In this document: positions 11,561-21,912 of the stretch, in pieces
How the letters are laid out: each line of letters begins with the position of its first letter
How positions within the stretch are numbered: position 1 is the stretch's first letter
Assembly (NCBI RefSeq): GCF_028368995.1
Contig: NZ_JAQNDL010000002.1
Location: 96,001 to 160,000 of the forward strand
Direction: 5' to 3'
Length of the DNA: 64,000 bases
Source: Nannocystis bainbridge
GTDB taxonomy: Bacteria; Myxococcota_A; Polyangia; Nannocystales; Nannocystaceae
The notes under the pieces: model-generated
What the model was told of the DNA's origin: nothing
Database searches by the model: none
Seen by the model: only the letters and a program-made list of their open reading frames with translations
Position numbers and translations under genes: made by a program

Positions 11561-14494
11561 GTGCGAGCCCTCCTCGACGCCGTGCGCGCCGCGTGCAGCC
11601 CCCGCGATTGGTCGCGCGGGGTCGAGCTCGCGCGGGTCGGGGCGGTCGCGGGGGTCCGGCGCGAGCGCGACGAGGTCGTGCTGCGGGTGGCGATCAAGGG
11701 CGCGGGCAAGAGCCCGACGGTCGCGCTCTACCCGGGTGACGCCGAGTGGAGCTGCGACTGCGACGACGCCGGCGAGTGCTGCTTCCACGTGGCGGCGGCG
11801 GCGATCGCCCTCCAGCGCGCGGTCGAGGCCGGCGAGGCGCTGCCGCGGGGCAGCGAGCGCGCGGGCCGGGTCGGCTACCGCCTGCGCCGGGCCGAGGGCG
11901 CGCTCGAGCTGGTGCGCATGCGGGTGTCCGAAGGGACAGGTCCCGAGAGCAAGGAGACGCCGCTCGGGTACAGCCTGGCGGCGATCACCGGCGGCAAGGT
12001 CGAGGGGCCGGGGATCGTGGCGACGGCGGCCGACTTCGAGGTCGAGAGCGCGCTCGGGATCTACAAGCGCGGGCCGCTGGCGCCGGTGATCACGCGCAAG
12101 CTGATCCCCGCGCTGGCCGGCTGCGAGGATGTCACGCTCGACGGCAAGAAGCTCACCGCGGGCGTCGAGCCGGCCGGCTACCACGGGCGGGTGGCGGCGT
12201 TCGAGGGCGGCAAGGGGTTCCGCCTCTACATCGTCCGCGACCCGACGATCACCGAGGTGTTCCCGGCCAGCGGGGTGGTGCTGTGCGGCGAGGTGCTGCG
12301 CTGCTTCGACAACGGCGGGATCGGGCCGAAGGAGGCGGCGGAGCTGCGCGTGGGGCTGCAGTTCACGCCCGAGCGCGCGGGCGAGCTGGTGGCCGAGGCC
12401 ATCCCGGCCCTGCGCGCGCGGGTCAAGGGCTTCCGCGAGAAGACCGACCGCCTGCCGGTGCTGTCCGACGCGCGGCCGCGGGTGGTGTTCGAGGTCGGGC
12501 GCGCGGGCACGGGCATGTCGGTGCTGCCGGTGCTGGTCTACGGGACGCCCGAGTCGGCGCGCGTCGAGGCCGGGCGGCTGGTGATCCACGGGCGCGAGGT
12601 GCCGCGCCGCGACGCGCTGGCCGAGGCCTCGCTGGTGCGGCGGCTCAGCGATCTGGGGCTGCAGTTCGGGCGCACGTCCAGCGCCGTCGGGCCGATGGCG
12701 GTCGGCATGGCCGAGGCGCTGCGCGGGTTCGAGGGCGGCGAGATCGCCGGCGAGTCGCACCGCGAGTTCGTGCGCAAGGGGCCGCTGCACGCCCGCATGA
12801 TCGACGGCGAAGGTGGCCGATTGGGCATTGCCTTCGAGACAGGTTCTTCGGGACATGTCTCGCAGGCCGACGCCCGCCGGGTGATCGAGGCGTGGCAGGC
12901 GGGCGCGAGCGAGGTGGTGCTCGACGACGGCGGGGTCGCGCCGCTGCCGGTCGACTGGCTGTCGCGGTTCGGCACCGAGGTGGCGCTGCTGCTGGCGGCG
13001 CGCGAGCAGGGCAGCACGCCGGCGGCGTGGGCGGGGCCAGCGCTGGCCGAGCTGTGCCGCGCGCTCAACCACCCGCCGCCGCCGGAGCTGGCCGGGCTGG
13101 CGGCGCTGGTCGAGGGCTTCGAGGCGATCCCCGAGACGCGGCTGCCGGACGACCTGCAGGTCGAGCTGCGCCCGTATCAGCGGCGCGGGGTCGACTGGCT
13201 GGCGTTCCTGCGCGAGGCCGGGCTCGGCGGGCTGCTGGCCGACGACATGGGCCTCGGCAAGACGCTGCAGGCGCTGTGCGCGGTGCGCGGGCGGACGCTG
13301 GTGGTCGCGCCGACCAGCGTGATCCACAACTGGGCGGCCGAGGCAGAGAAGTTCCGACCTGGCCTTCGGGTCAGCGTGTACCACGGGCCGAAGCGACGCC
13401 TCGATCCGCAGGCCGACCTCACGTTGACCAGCTACGCGCTGCTGCGACTCGACGCCGAGGCGCTGGCCGGCGAGCGCTGGGACGCGGTGATCCTCGACGA
13501 GGCGCAGGCGATCAAGAACCCCGAGAGCCAGGTCGCGCGGGCGGCGTTCGGGCTGCAGGCCGACTGGTGCCTGGCGATGACGGGCACGCCGGTGGAGAAC
13601 CGCCTCGACGAGCTGTGGAGCCAGATCCACTTCATCAACCCGGGGCTGCTGGGCGGGCGCGCGGACTTCCAGGAGCGGTTCGGGCGGCCGATCGGCGACG
13701 GCGATCAGGCGGCGGCCCGGGCGCTGCGGCGGCGGATCGCGCCGTTCGTGCTGCGCCGGCGCAAGCAAGAGGTGGCGCGCGAGCTGCCGCCGCGCACCGA
13801 GGTGGTGCTGCGCTGCACGCTCGACGCGCGCGAGCGGGCGGTCTACGACGCGGTGCGGGCGGCCACGCACGAGGAAGTGGTGGCCCAGCTGCAGGCCGGC
13901 GGCGGGGTGCTGGCGGCCCTCGAGGCGCTGCTGCGGCTGCGTCAGGCGGCGTGTCACGCGGCCCTGGTGCCGGGCCAGTCGGCGGCGCGCTCGTCGAAGC
14001 TCGACCTGCTGCTGGAGACGCTGGCCGAGGCGATCGCGGAGGGCCACAAGGCGCTGGTGTTCTCGCAGTGGACCAGCCTGCTCGACCTTTGCGAGCCGGG
14101 GCTGAAGGCCGCGGGCCTGTCGTTCTGCCGCCTCGACGGCTCGACGCGCGACCGCGCGGGGGTGGTGAACCGGTTCCAGGATCCGGACGGGCCGCCGGTG
14201 ATGCTGATCTCGCTCAAGGCCGGCGGCACGGGCCTCAACCTGACGGCCGCCGATCACGTGTTCCTGCTCGACCCGTGGTGGAACCCGGCGGTCGAGGACC
14301 AGGCGGCCGACCGGGCCCACCGGATCGGGCAGGAGCGCCCGGTGATCGTGCACCGCCTGGTCGCAGAGGACACGGTGGAGGAGCGGATCCTGGCCCTGCA
14401 GGGGCGCAAGCGGGCGATCGCCCAGGCGGCGCTCGAGGACGCGGCCGGGGCGGCGGCGATCACCCGCAGCGATCTGCTGGCGCTGCTCGAGTGA
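11561..14494 (+). CDS. SWIM zinc-finger Snf2/Swi2-family helicase
   Basis: CDC-x6-CFH SWIM motif; [53 protein letters not shown]. Confidence 0.94.
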   Translation: MRALLDAVRAACSPRDWSRGVELARVGAVAGVRRERDEVVLRVAIKGAGKSPTVALYPGDAEWSCDCDDAGECCFHVAAAAIALQRAVEAGEALPRGSERAGRVGYRLRRAEGALELVRMRVSEGTGPESKETPLGYSLAAITGGKVEGPGIVATAADFEVESALGIYKRGPLAPVITRKLIPALAGCEDVTLDGKKLTAGVEPAGYHGRVAAFEGGKGFRLYIVRDPTITEVFPASGVVLCGEVLRCFDNGGIGPKEAAELRVGLQFTPERAGELVAEAIPALRARVKGFREKTDRLPVLSDARPRVVFEVGRAGTGMSVLPVLVYGTPESARVEAGRLVIHGREVPRRDALAEASLVRRLSDLGLQFGRTSSAVGPMAVGMAEALRGFEGGEIAGESHREFVRKGPLHARMIDGEGGRLGIAFETGSSGHVSQADARRVIEAWQAGASEVVLDDGGVAPLPVDWLSRFGTEVALLLAAREQGSTPAAWAGPALAELCRALNHPPPPELAGLAALVEGFEAIPETRLPDDLQVELRPYQRRGVDWLAFLREAGLGGLLADDMGLGKTLQALCAVRGRTLVVAPTSVIHNWAAEAEKFRPGLRVSVYHGPKRRLDPQADLTLTSYALLRLDAEALAGERWDAVILDEAQAIKNPESQVARAAFGLQADWCLAMTGTPVENRLDELWSQIHFINPGLLGGRADFQERFGRPIGDGDQAAARALRRRIAPFVLRRRKQEVARELPPRTEVVLRCTLDARERAVYDAVRAATHEEVVAQLQAGGGVLAALEALLRLRQAACHAALVPGQSAARSSKLDLLLETLAEAIAEGHKALVFSQWTSLLDLCEPGLKAAGLSFCRLDGSTRDRAGVVNRFQDPDGPPVMLISLKAGGTGLNLTAADHVFLLDPWWNPAVEDQAADRAHRIGQERPVIVHRLVAEDTVEERILALQGRKRAIAQAALEDAAGAAAITRSDLLALLE

Positions 14495-14508
14495 TTGCTA
14501 GGTTTTCA

Positions 14509-14588
14509 GGACATGTCGCTCGGGGCATGTCCTTGAGGGCATGTCTCTTTGGAAATGTTTTAATGCGCATGTCCTGAAGGACATGCGC
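14509..14588. repeat. 14-bp-phased array (6 units) between convergent genes
   Basis: Cores at 14512, 14526, 14540, 14554 (AATG), 14568, 14582; perfect TGTCCTGAAGGACA at 14570. Confidence 0.85.
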
Positions 14589-14608
14589 ATGCTCGGTGTG
14601 TCCGGGGG

Positions 14609-15958
14609 TCACGGGCGGTTGTAGACGACCGAGATCCCGAGGCCCACGGCGGGGACGCCGACGATGTCGGGGCTGCCGTCACCCTCGAGGTCGGCGACGT
14701 GCAGCCCGTCGCCCTCGTTCAAGGCGCCGAGGAAGATCTGCAGGTGCTGGGCGAAGCCGCCCTGGCCGTCGCCGCGGCGGATCGACCCGGGGCCGGTGCC
14801 GGCGGTGACGAGGTCGAGGACGCCGTCGCTGTCGAGGTCCCCGACGGCGAGCACACGGGCGCCGCAGTGGACGGGGTAACGCGCGAAGCTCGGGAAATCG
14901 CCGCTGTCCTGCAGGAATACGACGAGCTCGCTGGTCTCGGTCGCGGTGTTGGTGCCGACGCCGGCGAGGTCGGTGACGCCGTCGCCGTCGAGGTCGGCGA
15001 GGATGAACTCGTGGAACCACACCTCGGCCGGCATGCCCGGGGCGAGCGTCTGCTGGACGAGCCCTTGATTGCGCACGATCACGGCGCTGCCGCCCTGGAC
15101 GAAGACGAAGTCGTCGGGGCGGCCGTCGCCGTCGAGGGCGCCGAGGACGTAGCCGGGCGTGGAGGGCTCGACGACGGGCCCCGTGGTCAGCGTGAAATTG
15201 CCGGTGCCGTCGCCGAGCAGGATGACGAGGGCGTCGAGGCTCGGGGTGTTGGCCAGGGTGACGATGTCGAGGTGGCCGTCGCCGTCCCAGTCGACGGCGT
15301 CGAGGGCGACGACGTTGTCGGCGGTGTGCACGATCTGGTCGGTCGCCAGGCCGCCGGCGCCGTCGAGGAACAGGGCGTGGATCTCGAGACCGGTGGGTCC
15401 GACGGTGTGGGCGAGCACGTCGAGCACGCCGTCCTCGTCGAAGTCGCCGCTGGCGCGCAAGATCGGCTGCGCGCCGATCGTCTGCGCCCATGTCAGCGAG
15501 GAGGTGGTCGCCGGGGCGAACAGCCGGGCCTCGACGCTGCCGTCGCCCGGAGTGAGGAGCAGGTCGGCGCCGTGGTGAGCGTCGAGCGGGAGGACGAGGC
15601 TCGAGGTCGCCGGCGTACCGAAGCCGAAGGTGCCGAGGATGCAGAGCTCGCCGGCCGTGAACTGGCCGTCGAAGCAGGTTTCGGCGAGGGGAATGTCGTC
15701 GACGATCTCGCAGGTCCCGAGCTCGTCGCCGCCGGTCGGATCGGTGCCGCCATCGGTGAGCTCGCCGGGGTCACCCGTGGTGACCGGGCCGGGGTTACCG
15801 TCGGTGGTCAGATCGCCGGTGGTGTCGGGGGTGGGATCGCCGGTCTGGGAGTCGCTGGCACCCTGAGTGCAGTCGCCGATGCAGTGCTTGATGTCGAGGT
15901 CGCAGGCGGCGATAGCGAAGAAGATGGGCAGGATCGAGAGTGATGGAGGAATGCGCAT
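14609..15958 (-). CDS. FG-GAP/VCBS-repeat lipoprotein with Thr/Gly/Asp-rich linker
   Basis: Lipobox AIAAC; repeated GDFDEDGVLD, DWDGDGHLD, DLDGDGVTD, DLDSDGVLD, DLEGDGSPD. Confidence 0.88.
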   Translation of the reverse strand: MRIPPSLSILPIFFAIAACDLDIKHCIGDCTQGASDSQTGDPTPDTTGDLTTDGNPGPVTTGDPGELTDGGTDPTGGDELGTCEIVDDIPLAETCFDGQFTAGELCILGTFGFGTPATSSLVLPLDAHHGADLLLTPGDGSVEARLFAPATTSSLTWAQTIGAQPILRASGDFDEDGVLDVLAHTVGPTGLEIHALFLDGAGGLATDQIVHTADNVVALDAVDWDGDGHLDIVTLANTPSLDALVILLGDGTGNFTLTTGPVVEPSTPGYVLGALDGDGRPDDFVFVQGGSAVIVRNQGLVQQTLAPGMPAEVWFHEFILADLDGDGVTDLAGVGTNTATETSELVVFLQDSGDFPSFARYPVHCGARVLAVGDLDSDGVLDLVTAGTGPGSIRRGDGQGGFAQHLQIFLGALNEGDGLHVADLEGDGSPDIVGVPAVGLGISVVYNRP

Positions 15959-16063
15959 GTTGGCCTTTCGGCGAGTGAGTGCCGCGGGGGCCGGGGTCCC
16001 GTTCGCCGATTTTTCGCGGCGTTCGCGGCGCTGTTCGCGGGGGCGCTAGCGAGTGGTTCGAGC

Positions 16064-16168
16064 TGTCCCGGAGGACAGATCAAAGGGGCGCTTGGGTCGC
16101 GCTGTCCTTTAGGACAGATCGAAGGGGCGCTTGAATCGAGCTGTCCCTGAGGACAGATCGAAGGGGCG
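16064..16168. repeat. Three 39-bp direct repeats, each carrying CTGTCC-N4-GGACAG
   Basis: Perfect palindromes at 16064, 16103, 16142, each followed by ATC(A/G)AAGGGGCGC. Confidence 0.88.
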
Positions 16169-16201
16169 CGGAGATCCGAGGTGACCCCGGGGTCAGGTCG
16201 C

Positions 16202-17632
16202 TCAGGAGCGGCACAGGGCGCTGACGCGGGCGGCCAGGGCGGAGCCGGGCCAGCGGGCGACGAAGGCGGCGGCCTCGCGGCGGGCGCGATCAGCCTCGCC
16301 GAGGCGGCAACGCGCCTCGACGGCGGCGGCGGCGGCCTCCTGGACGAAAACACCGGTGGGGAAGCGCTGCTGGTGACGGGCGGCGAGGTCGAGGGCGGCG
16401 CGGTCGTCGGCGGCGAGCAAGGCGGCGCGCAGCGACTCGACGAGGGCGAGCTCGGCGGCCAGCGAGGGACCTTCGGCGGGTGGCGCAGCGGCGATGAGGG
16501 CGTGAGGCTCGGAGGTCGAAGCGGCTCGTGCGGGCACGGCGGCGAGGGAGGGACCGTCGGCGGGCGTAGCGGCGGCGAGGGCGTGAAGGTCGGAGGTCGG
16601 AGCGAGCTTGACGGACGGCGAGGGTTCGTCGGCGGGCGTAGCGGCGGCGAGGGCGTGAGGGGCGGAGGCCGGAGCGAGCTCGGAGGTCGGCGAGGGGTCG
16701 TCGGTTCGTGCCGACGAGGTGGCGGCGAGGAGGGCCTCGAGGGTGGACGGGGTCGGAGCCTTGAGGGCCGGACCGTCGGCTCGCGCGGGGGTTTGCAGCG
16801 ACGCGTGGGCCGAGGTGACGGGCGGCTCGGGTGGGGCGGCGCGGCCGAAGGCGAGCACGGCGGCGAGGCCGACGCCGGCGAGCGAGAGGCCGACGATCGG
16901 GCTGCTGCCGGCGGCGACGACGGGGACGATCGGGCCGCCGCCGGCGAGGGTGGTGGGAGCGGCTACATGGTCGATCGACCATGTCCTTGAGAGCATGTCC
17001 GATACGACATGTCCGTCGCGCGCGGCGGTGAGCTGCCACGGCGGAGCCTCCGGGGGGCCGACGACGACCAGGGCGGCGAGCACCTGGGAGCCGTGCCGCG
17101 GGCGGTGCCGGCGGTCGCGGGCGTCGAGGCGGCGGACCATGCGATCGAGCTCGCGGCGAGCGGCGCGCAGGCGCGAGTAGACGGTGTTGAGGTTGACGCC
17201 GAGCTCGGCGGCGATCTCGGGCGCCTGCCACTGCTCGAGCTCGGTCATGACGAAGACGACGGCCTGGTCGCGGTCGAGGCCGCCCAGGAAGCCCTGGAGG
17301 ATCGCGGCGGCTTCGGCCTGCTCGACCGGGGCCTCGGCGGCCGGGGTGACGCGCTCGGCCTCGTCGAGCGAGCAGCGTCGCGGTTGCTCGCGCGCGGCGC
17401 TGCGGCGGTAGCTGCTGGCGATCCGTCGCGCGATCTCGAACAGCCAGGTGCGCAGGGTGGCCCGGCCGGCGAACTCGGGCAGGCGGCGGTAGACGACCAG
17501 GAAGGCGTCCTGGACGGCGTCGTCGATCCGGGCCGGATCGACGCCCAGGCTCCGGATGGTGCGCCAGACGAAGCCGTGGTGGGCCCGGTAGACGGCGGCG
17601 AAGTCGGGGGGCGCTTCGAGGGAGAGCGGCAC
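16202..17632 (-). CDS. ECF sigma factor fused to a TM segment, Pro/Ala-rich repeats and a TPR-like anti-sigma-type C-terminal domain
   Basis: sigma2 DAVQDAFLVVYRRL..F.GRATLRTWLF; sigma4 APEIAAELGVNLNTVYSRLRAAR; TM IVGLSLAGVGLAAVLAF; C-terminal HQQRFPTG...E...VEARCRLG. Confidence 0.85.
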   Translation of the reverse strand: MPLSLEAPPDFAAVYRAHHGFVWRTIRSLGVDPARIDDAVQDAFLVVYRRLPEFAGRATLRTWLFEIARRIASSYRRSAAREQPRRCSLDEAERVTPAAEAPVEQAEAAAILQGFLGGLDRDQAVVFVMTELEQWQAPEIAAELGVNLNTVYSRLRAARRELDRMVRRLDARDRRHRPRHGSQVLAALVVVGPPEAPPWQLTAARDGHVVSDMLSRTWSIDHVAAPTTLAGGGPIVPVVAAGSSPIVGLSLAGVGLAAVLAFGRAAPPEPPVTSAHASLQTPARADGPALKAPTPSTLEALLAATSSARTDDPSPTSELAPASAPHALAAATPADEPSPSVKLAPTSDLHALAAATPADGPSLAAVPARAASTSEPHALIAAAPPAEGPSLAAELALVESLRAALLAADDRAALDLAARHQQRFPTGVFVQEAAAAAVEARCRLGEADRARREAAAFVARWPGSALAARVSALCRS

Positions 17633-17653
17633 GATCGGGTCTGTCTCCGCGGG

Positions 17654-19015
17654 TCAGCGGTTCCGTGGCCCGAATTGCAGGTCGAGGCCGAAACCGATGC
17701 GCAGTCCCGCACGCCCGCTGCGGTACACCAGCTCGTCGGCGTGCACGGTGAAGCCCGGGCGGTTGACGGCGAGCAGGCCCTCGACGGACAGCCACAGGCC
17801 GACCGGGCCGCTGGCGCGCCAGCGCAGCGCGGGGCCGAGGGAGAAGCCGGCCCACGGGGCCCACCGCGGGTTGGGAGCGCTGACGGCGAGGGCGACGCCG
17901 CGGATCGCCCCGACCTCGGCGCCGGCGCACAGGAGGAAGGCGAGGGCCGGACGCGGGTGCCAGGTCGGACAGACCCGGATGACGGCGCCGAGGCGGTCGA
18001 AGCGGCCGCCGGCGCTGTCGCCCTGGACCGGGAGGATCCGCAGGGGCGTACCGACGATGCCGGCTTCGAGGCGGAGGCGCGGCAGGCTGACGCCGCCGAA
18101 CAGGCCGGCGAAGCCACCGGTGGTCGGGAGGACGCCGGCGTCGAGGCCGCCCTCGAGCCGGAGGTGGCCGAGCACGCGCGGGGTCGCGGCGGGGGCCGGA
18201 GGCCGGCGGGCGGCGGTGATTTCGGCTGTCTCTTCGAACAGGTCGTCGGAGCCGAGCGGGGGCGAGCGCGGGGCGACCGGCGGGCGAGGTGCGAGGAGGG
18301 GCGGGGTGAGCGAGCGAGCGGAGGGATCGGGCGCAGGGATCCCGGGGGACGGGTCGGGCGGCAGGACGGGCGGGGAGGATGTCCCTGGGGACATGTCACT
18401 CGGCGGCGGGGACGGGGAGGTCGAGGATGTCCCCGGGGACATGTCACTCGAGAGCGGTGGGTCGTTCGCGGAGGTCGAGGATGTCCTCGGGGACAGGTCG
18501 TCGGGCAGCGAGGATCGGTCGCCGGGGGAGGTCGAGGATGGCCTCGGGGACAGGTCGGGTGACGCGGCGGCGGATGGCCTCGGGGACAGGTCGGGTGACG
18601 CGGCGGAGGATGTCCTCGGGGACAGGTCGGCGGGCAGGCGGCGGCTGACGGACAGCGGGTCGAGGTGGATGGCGATCAGGAGGGCGGTGGCGCGCGCGAG
18701 GTCCTGGCAGCTCTCGGCGTGGATGGTGCGGCGGTAGTCGGCGCCGCGCCCTTGCCCGCGCGACACGAGTCGCAGCTGCCAGCGGGCGCCCGTGCGGGTG
18801 ACGACGGCGCGGGCGACGGCGCGGGCGGGCACGGCGTCGCCGGTCGGCTGGCGCAACAGCGCGCCGACCATGTCGACGACGGCGACGGCGGGCGGGCACT
18901 CGCGGGGGGCCTGCCAGTCGAGGTCGACCGGCGGCGCGGCGAACGAGAGGCGAGCGAACACCAGCGCGGGGAGGGCGAGCAAGCGAGGTCCTGAGCTCCG
19001 GCATCGTCGCCGCAC
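17654..19015 (-). CDS. Exported protein with WxAPxxCP N-domain, Pro-rich linker and predicted C-terminal outer-membrane beta-barrel
   Basis: Signal peptide; DWQAPRECP...ESCQDLARATALLIAIHLDP; amphipathic strands ending RIGFGLDLQF; paralog at 48392-49456; start uncertain. Confidence 0.75.
   Translation of the reverse strand: MRRRCRSSGPRLLALPALVFARLSFAAPPVDLDWQAPRECPPAVAVVDMVGALLRQPTGDAVPARAVARAVVTRTGARWQLRLVSRGQGRGADYRRTIHAESCQDLARATALLIAIHLDPLSVSRRLPADLSPRTSSAASPDLSPRPSAAASPDLSPRPSSTSPGDRSSLPDDLSPRTSSTSANDPPLSSDMSPGTSSTSPSPPPSDMSPGTSSPPVLPPDPSPGIPAPDPSARSLTPPLLAPRPPVAPRSPPLGSDDLFEETAEITAARRPPAPAATPRVLGHLRLEGGLDAGVLPTTGGFAGLFGGVSLPRLRLEAGIVGTPLRILPVQGDSAGGRFDRLGAVIRVCPTWHPRPALAFLLCAGAEVGAIRGVALAVSAPNPRWAPWAGFSLGPALRWRASGPVGLWLSVEGLLAVNRPGFTVHADELVYRSGRAGLRIGFGLDLQFGPRNR
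18380..18624. repeat. Six in-gene copies of TG(T/G)CC-N4-GGACA
   Basis: Copies at 18380, 18428, 18482, 18539, 18575, 18611 encode D(L/M)SP(R/G)(T/P)SS repeats on the minus strand. Confidence 0.85.
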
Positions 19016-19183
19016 GCGGGGAGGGCGTCAACCGCTCCGTCGCAGCTCGACGCTCGCGCGCAGGCGTGCTCCAGAGCGCGGTCACGTGGCCAGGAGCAAG
19101 CCTGTCTCTCGGGACAGGCCATGGTGCCCGTTACGAGCGCGGAGGAGGTTCGGCGCCGCTCTTCGCCGGCGCTGGCGGCCCGC

Positions 19184-19675
19184 TCACGCCGCGCGGCGGT
19201 CGAAGTTCACGAGCACCAGAGAATCGACGGCGGGACCGCGGTGGAGCACGCCGAGCAGCCGTAGGTGGTGCGAGACCAGGCGGATGGCCTGGAGCTCGGA
19301 CAGGTCGGCGGAGAGGAACGCCGCGACCTCGGCGGCGCCGCTGTCCGGCCGGTCGAGGAACTGGCCGTAGAGCTTGCGCGTCATCGTGTTGTCGATGCTG
19401 CGGTCGAGCAGGAACACGCCGTCGCGGCCGCCGAGGCTGCGCGCGCGCGTCGGGTCGAAGCCGTAGCGGGCGTTTTTCAGGGTGATGGGCAGCGCCGGGG
19501 CTTGCCAGATCCGGGCGCGGCGGGTGAGCTTGAAGAAGCGGCGCGTGAGCACGACGCGCAGGGTCCGGCCGTCGCGCTCGACGGGCGGGAGCTCGGCGAA
19601 CGCGTCGGTCTGGAGCTGCGCGGCCGCGGCGTCGAGGGCCAGGCGCAGGGCGGCGAGTTCGTCGGTGCCGGTCAC
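19184..19675 (-). CDS. Hypothetical protein (163 aa), translationally coupled to the SBP gene
   Basis: GTG overlaps the TGA of the upstream gene (GTGA); good codon usage. Confidence 0.7.
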   Translation of the reverse strand: MTGTDELAALRLALDAAAAQLQTDAFAELPPVERDGRTLRVVLTRRFFKLTRRARIWQAPALPITLKNARYGFDPTRARSLGGRDGVFLLDRSIDNTMTRKLYGQFLDRPDSGAAEVAAFLSADLSELQAIRLVSHHLRLLGVLHRGPAVDSLVLVNFDRRAA

Positions 19676-20670
19676 TTGGGCTTGCGGCCGATCTCGAGGT
19701 CGTAGGCGGTGGCGGGGTCGACGGCGCCGGCTTCGAGCAAGCCGAGCTTCACGAGCTGATCGGCGAGGGTCTTCCAGCGGGCCGGGTCCATCGCGCCGAT
19801 CGTGCCGCCCTCGGGTGCGGCGAGCGGCTTGAGGGCGGTGGCGCCTTTGGCCAGGATCTCGGGGCTGAGTTCGGTGTTGCGGGCGCGGATCTCGGCGTTG
19901 GCGGCGCTCGGGTCGCGCGCGTACTGCTCCCACCCGCGCAGGGTCGCCGCGGCGACGCGGTCGGCGAGCTCGCGGCGGTCCTTGAGCGTGGCTTCGGAGG
20001 TGACGAGCACGCTGGCGTAGGGGTTGAAGCCGAGGTCGGCGACGAGGATGCAGCGGACCTTGGCGCCCTCGGACTCGGCGATGATCGGCTCGCTGAAGAC
20101 GTAGGCCTGCTGCACGGCCTTGGGGTCGAGGAGGAAGGGGGCGATGCTGCCGCTGTACGGGACGACCTGGACCGCCTCGGGCCAGCGGTACTCGGCGCGC
20201 AGGAAGCTGGCGAACGGCTCGCGCACGCTCATCTGCACGCTGCCGGTCTGCAGGTCCTCGAGGTCGGTGATGCCGGAGGCCTCGTGCACCATCATGCAGC
20301 GCGGGCTCTTCTGCAGGCCAGCGACGATCGCCACGACCGGGGCGCCCTGGGCCCGCGCGAGCAGGACCTCGCTGGCGTCGGCGACCGCGAAATCGACGCG
20401 ACCGGCGGCGACCTGCGGCAGCACGGGAGCGTCGGGGCGGCCCGGCACGATCTCGACATCGAGGCCCTCCTCTTTGTAGTAGCCGTGCACGAGGGCGGCG
20501 AAGTAACCGCCGTGCTCGACCTCGGGGAACCAGTTGAGGGCGATCCGCACGCTCGGGTTCGCCTGCTCGCGGCCGCAGGCGGCGAGCAGCAGGGCGAAGC
20601 AGGCGGCCAGCAGGGGCAGGACGGCGCCGAGGCGCGGGCGCGGCGGGACCGGTCGGAGCGAGGCGCGCAT
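19672..20670 (-). CDS. ABC transporter substrate-binding lipoprotein, NMT1/THI5 (SsuA-like) family
   Basis: LLAAC lipobox; LNWFPEVEHGGYFAA...GYYKEEGLDVEI..G motif. Confidence 0.88.
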   Translation of the reverse strand: MRASLRPVPPRPRLGAVLPLLAACFALLLAACGREQANPSVRIALNWFPEVEHGGYFAALVHGYYKEEGLDVEIVPGRPDAPVLPQVAAGRVDFAVADASEVLLARAQGAPVVAIVAGLQKSPRCMMVHEASGITDLEDLQTGSVQMSVREPFASFLRAEYRWPEAVQVVPYSGSIAPFLLDPKAVQQAYVFSEPIIAESEGAKVRCILVADLGFNPYASVLVTSEATLKDRRELADRVAAATLRGWEQYARDPSAANAEIRARNTELSPEILAKGATALKPLAAPEGGTIGAMDPARWKTLADQLVKLGLLEAGAVDPATAYDLEIGRKPK

Positions 20671-20752
20671 GCCCACAGGGTATAACGGAGCGCGGCGGTC
20701 GTACCAGCGGACTCGACCGGCCGGGCGGCAGGATCCTGGCGGCTGGACTTCG

Positions 20753-20790
20753 GGACATGGTGAAAGGGCCATGTCCTCGAGGTCATGTCG
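20753..20790. repeat. 14-bp-phased array (3 units)
   Basis: CATG cores at 20756, 20770, 20784. Confidence 0.7.
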
Positions 20791-20825
20791 CACCTCGGCT
20801 CGGGCGGAGCACGGGGTAGGCGGAA

Positions 20826-21875
20826 TCAGGCGACCGGGATCGGCAGCGGTAGGATGCTGTCGGGCTGGCCGCCGGCGATCCGGGCCCGGCTGTCGTGGAC
20901 CTGCCGGTGCGGGGTGTCGAGGGGGATCGCGCTGGCGTCGTCGAGGCGCGCGCGCTGGGCCGGCGAGAGCTCGAGGGTGAGGGCGGCGAGGGCGGCGTCG
21001 AGCTGTTCGCGGGTGCGCGGGCCGAGGATCGGGACGCGGGCGCTGGTGGAGGCGGCGGCGTGGGCCAGCGACCAGGCGAGGGCGACCTGGGTCGGCGCGA
21101 CGCCGGCCTCGGCGGCGACGGCGAGGACGGCGTCGAGGACGGCGGTCTCGCGGGCGCTCTTCTCGGTGTGGACCAGCATGCCGAGGCCGGTGAGGCGGCC
21201 CTCGTCGCCGGTGCGGTACTTGCCGGTCAGGAAGCCGCCGCCGAGCGGCGACCACAAGGCCGCGCCGAGCCCCAGCGCCTCGGCCATCGGCAGCAGCTCG
21301 CGCTCGCCGGTGCGCTCGACCAGGCTGTGCTCGATCTGGATGCCGGCGAGCGGGGTCCAGCCGCGTAGCTCGGCGATCGCGTCGCCCCGCGCGACCCGCC
21401 AGGCGGGGAAGTTGGAGAGGCCGCCGTGGAGGATCTTGCCGGCGCGGGCGAGGTCGTCGAGGCCGCGCACGATCTCGTCGATCGGCGTCAGGCCGTCGGG
21501 GAAGTGGACCCAGTACAGCTCGAGGCGATCGGTCTTGAGCCGGCGCAGGCTGGCCTCGAGGGCGGCGATCATGGTGCGGCGGCTGTTGCCGGTGGCGTGC
21601 AGACCACCCTGGACGCCGAGGGTGTACTTGCTGGCGACGACGAAGCGGTCGCGCTCGGCGGCGAGGAACTCACCGAGGAGCTGCTCCGACTGACCGACCT
21701 GGTAGGCGTCGGCGGTGTCGATGAAATTGCCGCCCGCCTCGGCGTAGGCGTCGAAGATCCGCCGCGCCTCGGCAGGCTCGCTGCCGTGACCCCAACCCGT
21801 GCCGAAGTTGCCGGTGCCGAGCGCGAGCTCGGAGACGCGTAGACCCGTACGACGACCGAATGGCTTGTAACGCAT
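20826..21875 (-). CDS. Aldo/keto reductase
   Basis: GLRVSELALGT, GGNFIDTADAY, ASKY, SLRRLKTDRLELYWVH, WSPLGGGFLTGKY. Confidence 0.94.
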   Translation of the reverse strand: MRYKPFGRRTGLRVSELALGTGNFGTGWGHGSEPAEARRIFDAYAEAGGNFIDTADAYQVGQSEQLLGEFLAAERDRFVVASKYTLGVQGGLHATGNSRRTMIAALEASLRRLKTDRLELYWVHFPDGLTPIDEIVRGLDDLARAGKILHGGLSNFPAWRVARGDAIAELRGWTPLAGIQIEHSLVERTGERELLPMAEALGLGAALWSPLGGGFLTGKYRTGDEGRLTGLGMLVHTEKSARETAVLDAVLAVAAEAGVAPTQVALAWSLAHAAASTSARVPILGPRTREQLDAALAALTLELSPAQRARLDDASAIPLDTPHRQVHDSRARIAGGQPDSILPLPIPVA

Positions 21876-21891
21876 GGTTCGTTCCTGGTTC

Positions 21892-21912
21892 TATATTATG
21901 GTCGTCATATGA
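21892..21912. promoter_or_regulatory. AT-rich palindrome (TATG-N5-CATA) upstream of the AKR gene, TetR-type operator candidate
   Basis: TATATTATGGTCGTCATATGA in otherwise ~73% GC DNA, ~20 bp before the AKR start. Confidence 0.45.

Noticed and set aside
18380-18624. CRISPR-like spacing of palindromic repeats (36-57 bp)
   Set aside because: The repeats lie in frame within a protein linker, the conserved part is only ~20 bp, and the spacers resemble each other.
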